From Rebecca billardiae RCC1528 (taxonomy: Eukaryota > Protista > Haptophyta), in assembly GCA_965240325.2 (NCBI GenBank), contig OZ251223.1, positions 372,001-436,000 on the forward strand: a stretch of DNA of 64,000 nt, in the 5' to 3' direction. Position numbers and translations under genes: made by a program. A model generated the notes under the pieces. It searched no databases, was not told where the DNA came from, and saw only the letters and a list, made by a program, of their open reading frames with translations. Shown in pieces: positions 60,623 through 64,000 of the stretch. The first letter of the stretch is position 1. Every line of letters begins with the position of its first letter.

Positions 60623-61667
60623 AGCCAGACTGCGCGCCGCCACCGCCCGAAAGCGGCGTGCTCGCCGCCGTTGCCGCGAGACTTCCGCTCGAGCTGTGCA
60701 GCATCGAAGACGCGCGCGAGAGCCTGCGTCCGCGGCTCCGCGGGCTGGTCGGCTCGTCCTCGGGGCGCAGCGCGTCCTCGAGCAGCGAGCCCCGGATCGA
60801 GTGCAGGTCGTAGTGCGACGAGATGGAGCGGCGGAGCGATGCGGCGCGCTTCAGGCCTGCCGGACGCCCCGAGGAGGGCTGGCTGCCCTCTCCGTGGACG
60901 GGCGGCTGCGAGCGCTGGCGCGGCAGCGGAGAGGTGGCGTCGCCGTCCTCGTCCTCCTCGGGGATCGTGACCGGCGGCGGCTGCACGCCCATGCCCAACG
61001 CCGGCTCGTCCGCCTCCTCGGCGCGCGAGTCGACCGCCTCCAGCTGCGCGTCGACCGCCTCCAGCTGCGCGTCCAGCGACGCCGCCGCGGCGCTGTCGCT
61101 CGGCTGCTCGTCAGCGTTGCGCAGCGCGAGCAGCGTCGCCGGCGAGGGGGCGGTGGGCAGCAGCGGCGGTATGGCCTCGGCGCCGCTCGAGAAGCTGTTC
61201 GACAGCGAGGATGAGCTCGACGATGAGGTCCCCGTGAGCTCGCTCTCCGCGCTCGTCTTCGAGCCCGCTTTCTCGCGACGCACGCTCTTCGAACAAACTG
61301 GGCTGGTGGATGGCGGCACGTCCAGCGCGCTCGGATGGCGCGGCCTGGGCAGGGCTCGGGAGCGGCGGCTGGCCGCGAGCTGCTTTGCGTGGTCGACATA
61401 CACGCTGCCCCGATCGAAGCTCGGCTGCGGGGCCGAGTGGCTCTTGCTCGCGAGCAGCGCGCCCGGCGAGCGCTGGCCGCCGAGCGGCTGCAGCTTGATG
61501 CCGGTCGCAGCTCGCGGCGTTGGCCGCAGCAGAGCGGCGATCGGTGTGATCGTGGCCGACTCGGGGGTGACGTCAGAAGTCGGGTCTGGCTGCCGGGCCG
61601 GCGGTGAGACCAGCGCCTCCGCGCTGCTGCCCGCCACCTGCAGGAAGGCGGCTCGCGACGTGGTCAT
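59046..61667 (-). CDS. Protein with two cyclic-nucleotide-binding domains
   Basis: PVFASL...VVYREG...PRLATARA and LFSQGEVSDALYVLVGGSVDV...GETAL...RSASVVS. Confidence 0.82.
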
Positions 61668-61998
61668 GGTTCGGGGGAGGCCGCGCGGGCGCGGGGGGGG
61701 GGCCTTTCCACACGAAATTTTGACCGGCATCAGTTGGCTTACACCGACCGAAATATTCAAAGGACTGCTGATGACTCCATTACCCAACCATGGGAAACGC
61801 GTCATCAAACGCCGGCCCGATATCTAATGCGGGTTGGTTTAAGTTCGAATGTGTTGATACGTGAGTGGACTTGAGTGCTTTTTACTCAGTGCTATCGCCC
61901 TTATCATTTCACCAGGTTGTCATCATCAGCCAATAAAAACGTCTCATCAGCTGTTAACCAAGTATTCACAGTTACCCGCGGGGTGCCTTACGACGACA

Positions 61999-63051
61999 GA
62001 GGCCGCTCGAGCGACTTCGTGTCTGGCGAGGCAGATCGCGCCAGTGCGTGGCGAGGCAGACGCTCGCCTGCCTCGCCGCTTGGCGAGGCAGCTAAGCTAG
62101 TAAAGCCGCGGCCGAACTTTACGAAAGCCAAATGTCTGCCGGTGCGCCGCCCGTCTTTTGCGCACGGTGACAAGGGCGCGCGAGGGCGCGTCCTCACGAT
62201 CCCGAAGAGCGCTGCGCGCGGCGTCGCGTTGGCGGCGGCAGCGGCGCTGGGGTGTATCTTGCCCATTCTGCGTGGCGGCGCGCTCTCATGACGCCTCGGC
62301 CGCCGCCACGCCATGCGCGACCGGGCGTGTCGCCTTCTTGACGGGCAGTGCACACGCCCTTGCAAGCGCACAGCCGTGAAGAGCCGAGAGCGTCCGTCGC
62401 GAGCACGCCGCCCACGCGGGATGCGTTGCCAGGGCTATTCGTATGACACTGGGTGCTCGCGCTCTGGCATGTGCGAGCCAGGATGACCATGGGTAGCAGC
62501 TACGATGAGCACTGCTAACCTGCATTCAGCCGATGACATCCTCTCGTTCAGCGATCTTGACTGCTCTGAACGCATGGCGAACTCGGCGAAGCGCATGCGC
62601 AAGGTGGCTTCGGTGACAACATAACGCATCCCGCGTGGGCGGCGTGCTCGCGACGGACGCTCTCGGCTCTTCACGGCTGTGCGCTTGCAAGGGCGTGTGC
62701 ACTGCCCGTCAAGAAGGCCACACGCCCGGTCGCGCATGGCGTGGCGGCGGCCGAGGCGTCATGAGAGCGCGCCGCCACGCAGAATGGGCAAGATACACCC
62801 CAGCGCCGCTGCCGCCGCCAACGCGACGCCGCGCGCAGCGCTCTTCGGGATCGTGAGGACGCGCCCTCGCGCGCCCTTGTCACCGTGCGCAAAAGACGGG
62901 CGGCGCACCGGCAGACATTTGGCTTTCGTAAAGTTCGGCCGCGGCTTTACTAGCTTAGCTGCCTCGCCAAGCGGCGAGGCGGGCGAGCGTCTGCCTCGCC
63001 ACGCACTGGCGCGATCTGCCTCGCCAGACACGAAGTCGCTCGAGCGGCCTC
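61999..63051. mobile_element. Young foldback/MITE element: 429-bp TIRs, 195-bp spacer, 5-bp TSD CGACA
   Basis: 61999-62427 is the reverse complement of 62623-63051 with about two mismatches seen; cgaca at 61994-61998 and 63052-63056. Confidence 0.9.
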
Positions 63052-63155
63052 CGACAGTTGTCGTCGTCGACCTCGTCAGGCCTCAAAGCACCAGGGAGAT
63101 GCATGGGTACCAAATCAAAGGCGAGTGAGCATGTTGGCGTCGGCAAGGCCGTCCC

Positions 63156-64000
63156 CTACTTGGACTCACGCGAACGAGTGGCGGTGCCCAATTCCGACGG
63201 ATCCCACGGCTGCCAGAACCCGGTGGTGCGCATCGTGCGGCAAGCCAGCGACGCCGCATCCCCGTGACCGTCGGTGCCCGCCGCCGCCGACGGCGGCTCG
63301 CCCGCATCTGGATCCGGGGAGTCCATCATGCGCCCCAGCTCGTCCAGACGCGCTCGCAGGGCTCGCGCGCGCGCGCCGCTGCCATCTCCGAACAGGTCGG
63401 TCGTCTCACGAGGGTCGGCGGCGAGGTCGAAGAGGCATGGCGCGCGCGCGCACGACGGCTCGCGCGGCGCGGGCACCACCGGCGTGCTCCCCGGGTAGCG
63501 TGCCGACCAGCCGTCGGCCTGGCGCGGCTGCGCGCCGAGGATCAGCTTCAGACTGCCGTTCACGAGCAGCGCGCCGCCGACGAGTGGCCTCGGCCGCTGA
63601 GCTGACGATGCTGGTGCCGACGACGCCGACGACAACAATGGCGATGATGCCCGCCAGGCGGAGGCTGGCAGTAGCGAGGGGTGGTGGTGGCCATACTGCC
63701 CATACTCCAGACCCAGCACAACCTCCCCCGCGCGAGGCCCGCCAGCGTGCGCCCACGCGGACGCGGGGCGCTGGCCGTGCGGCGCGCGGCAGCCCGCCAG
63801 CAGCATCGGCCACGCGTCCACGCCGTCCACCCGCGCGGCGCCGTACCCATCGTCCGCGCTCGCGCCGCCGAGTCCCAGCAGCGTCGGGTACCAGTCGGCA
63901 ATGTGGAGCGGCGCGGCGCAGCGAGTGCCGCGCGCGGCGCGCGGCAGCAGCGGCGAGGCGACGAGCGCCGTGCCACGCACACCGCCGTCAAAGTACGAGT
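63156..64000 (-). CDS. Arylsulfatase (ARSB/I/J-like), C-terminal part; continues beyond window
   Basis: FDGGVRG, HIADWYPTL, DGVDAWP, LFDLAADPRE, FWQPW. Confidence 0.85.
   Translation of the reverse strand, partial: SYFDGGVRGTALVASPLLPRAARGTRCAAPLHIADWYPTLLGLGGASADDGYGAARVDGVDAWPMLLAGCRAPHGQRPASAWAHAGGPRAGEVVLGLEYGQYGHHHPSLLPASAWRASSPLLSSASSAPASSAQRPRPLVGGALLVNGSLKLILGAQPRQADGWSARYPGSTPVVPAPREPSCARAPCLFDLAADPRETTDLFGDGSGARARALRARLDELGRMMDSPDPDAGEPPSAAAGTDGHGDAASLACRTMRTTGFWQPWDPSELGTATRSRESK

Noticed and set aside
6313-61667. Functional gene cluster (ciliary or lipid metabolism)
   Set aside because: Related genes are interspersed with unrelated ones; no evidence of a coherent cluster
1-64000. 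tRNA, rRNA or snRNA genes
   Set aside because: None recognised by eye; a covariance-model scan (tRNAscan-SE/Infernal) would be needed to exclude them

Overview
Very GC-rich eukaryotic genomic DNA with spliceosomal introns. Nearly all introns start GTGCGC/GTGCGT and end GCAG. These introns, a bipartite ASAF-type plastid presequence and an LCB2-LCB1-PAP2 SPT suggest a haptophyte, possibly Pavlovales-like (inference). About 19 protein-coding genes were reconstructed by hand: Sel1-MYND, PZP finger, CCP5-like deglutamylase, histidine phosphatase, MPBQ/MSBQ methyltransferase, S10 carboxypeptidase, MFS transporter, RIIa-domain protein, PKD2-like channel, Zn-finger FAD monooxygenase, FadE-type acyl-CoA dehydrogenase, LRR receptor-like protein, D-lactate dehydrogenase, aspartate aminotransferase, Myb protein, ADAM-like protease, SPT trifusion, an unknown membrane protein and a tandem cNMP-binding protein. 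A partial arylsulfatase lies at the window end. Four observations stand out. (1) A 7-kb non-autonomous CACTA element is almost one giant palindrome, with ~2.7-2.9 kb arms and higher-order arrays of a 20-bp hairpin. It sits in the bidirectional promoter of two mitochondrial enzymes, and its ends read in frame into both. (2) An LRR receptor-like gene has every LRR as its own symmetric phase-2 exon of 69-75 nt. (3) The PAP2 domain of the SPT fusion has lost both catalytic histidines. (4) Two further ~1.1-kb foldback elements are present. Family calls rest on motif recognition only; no database searches were run.
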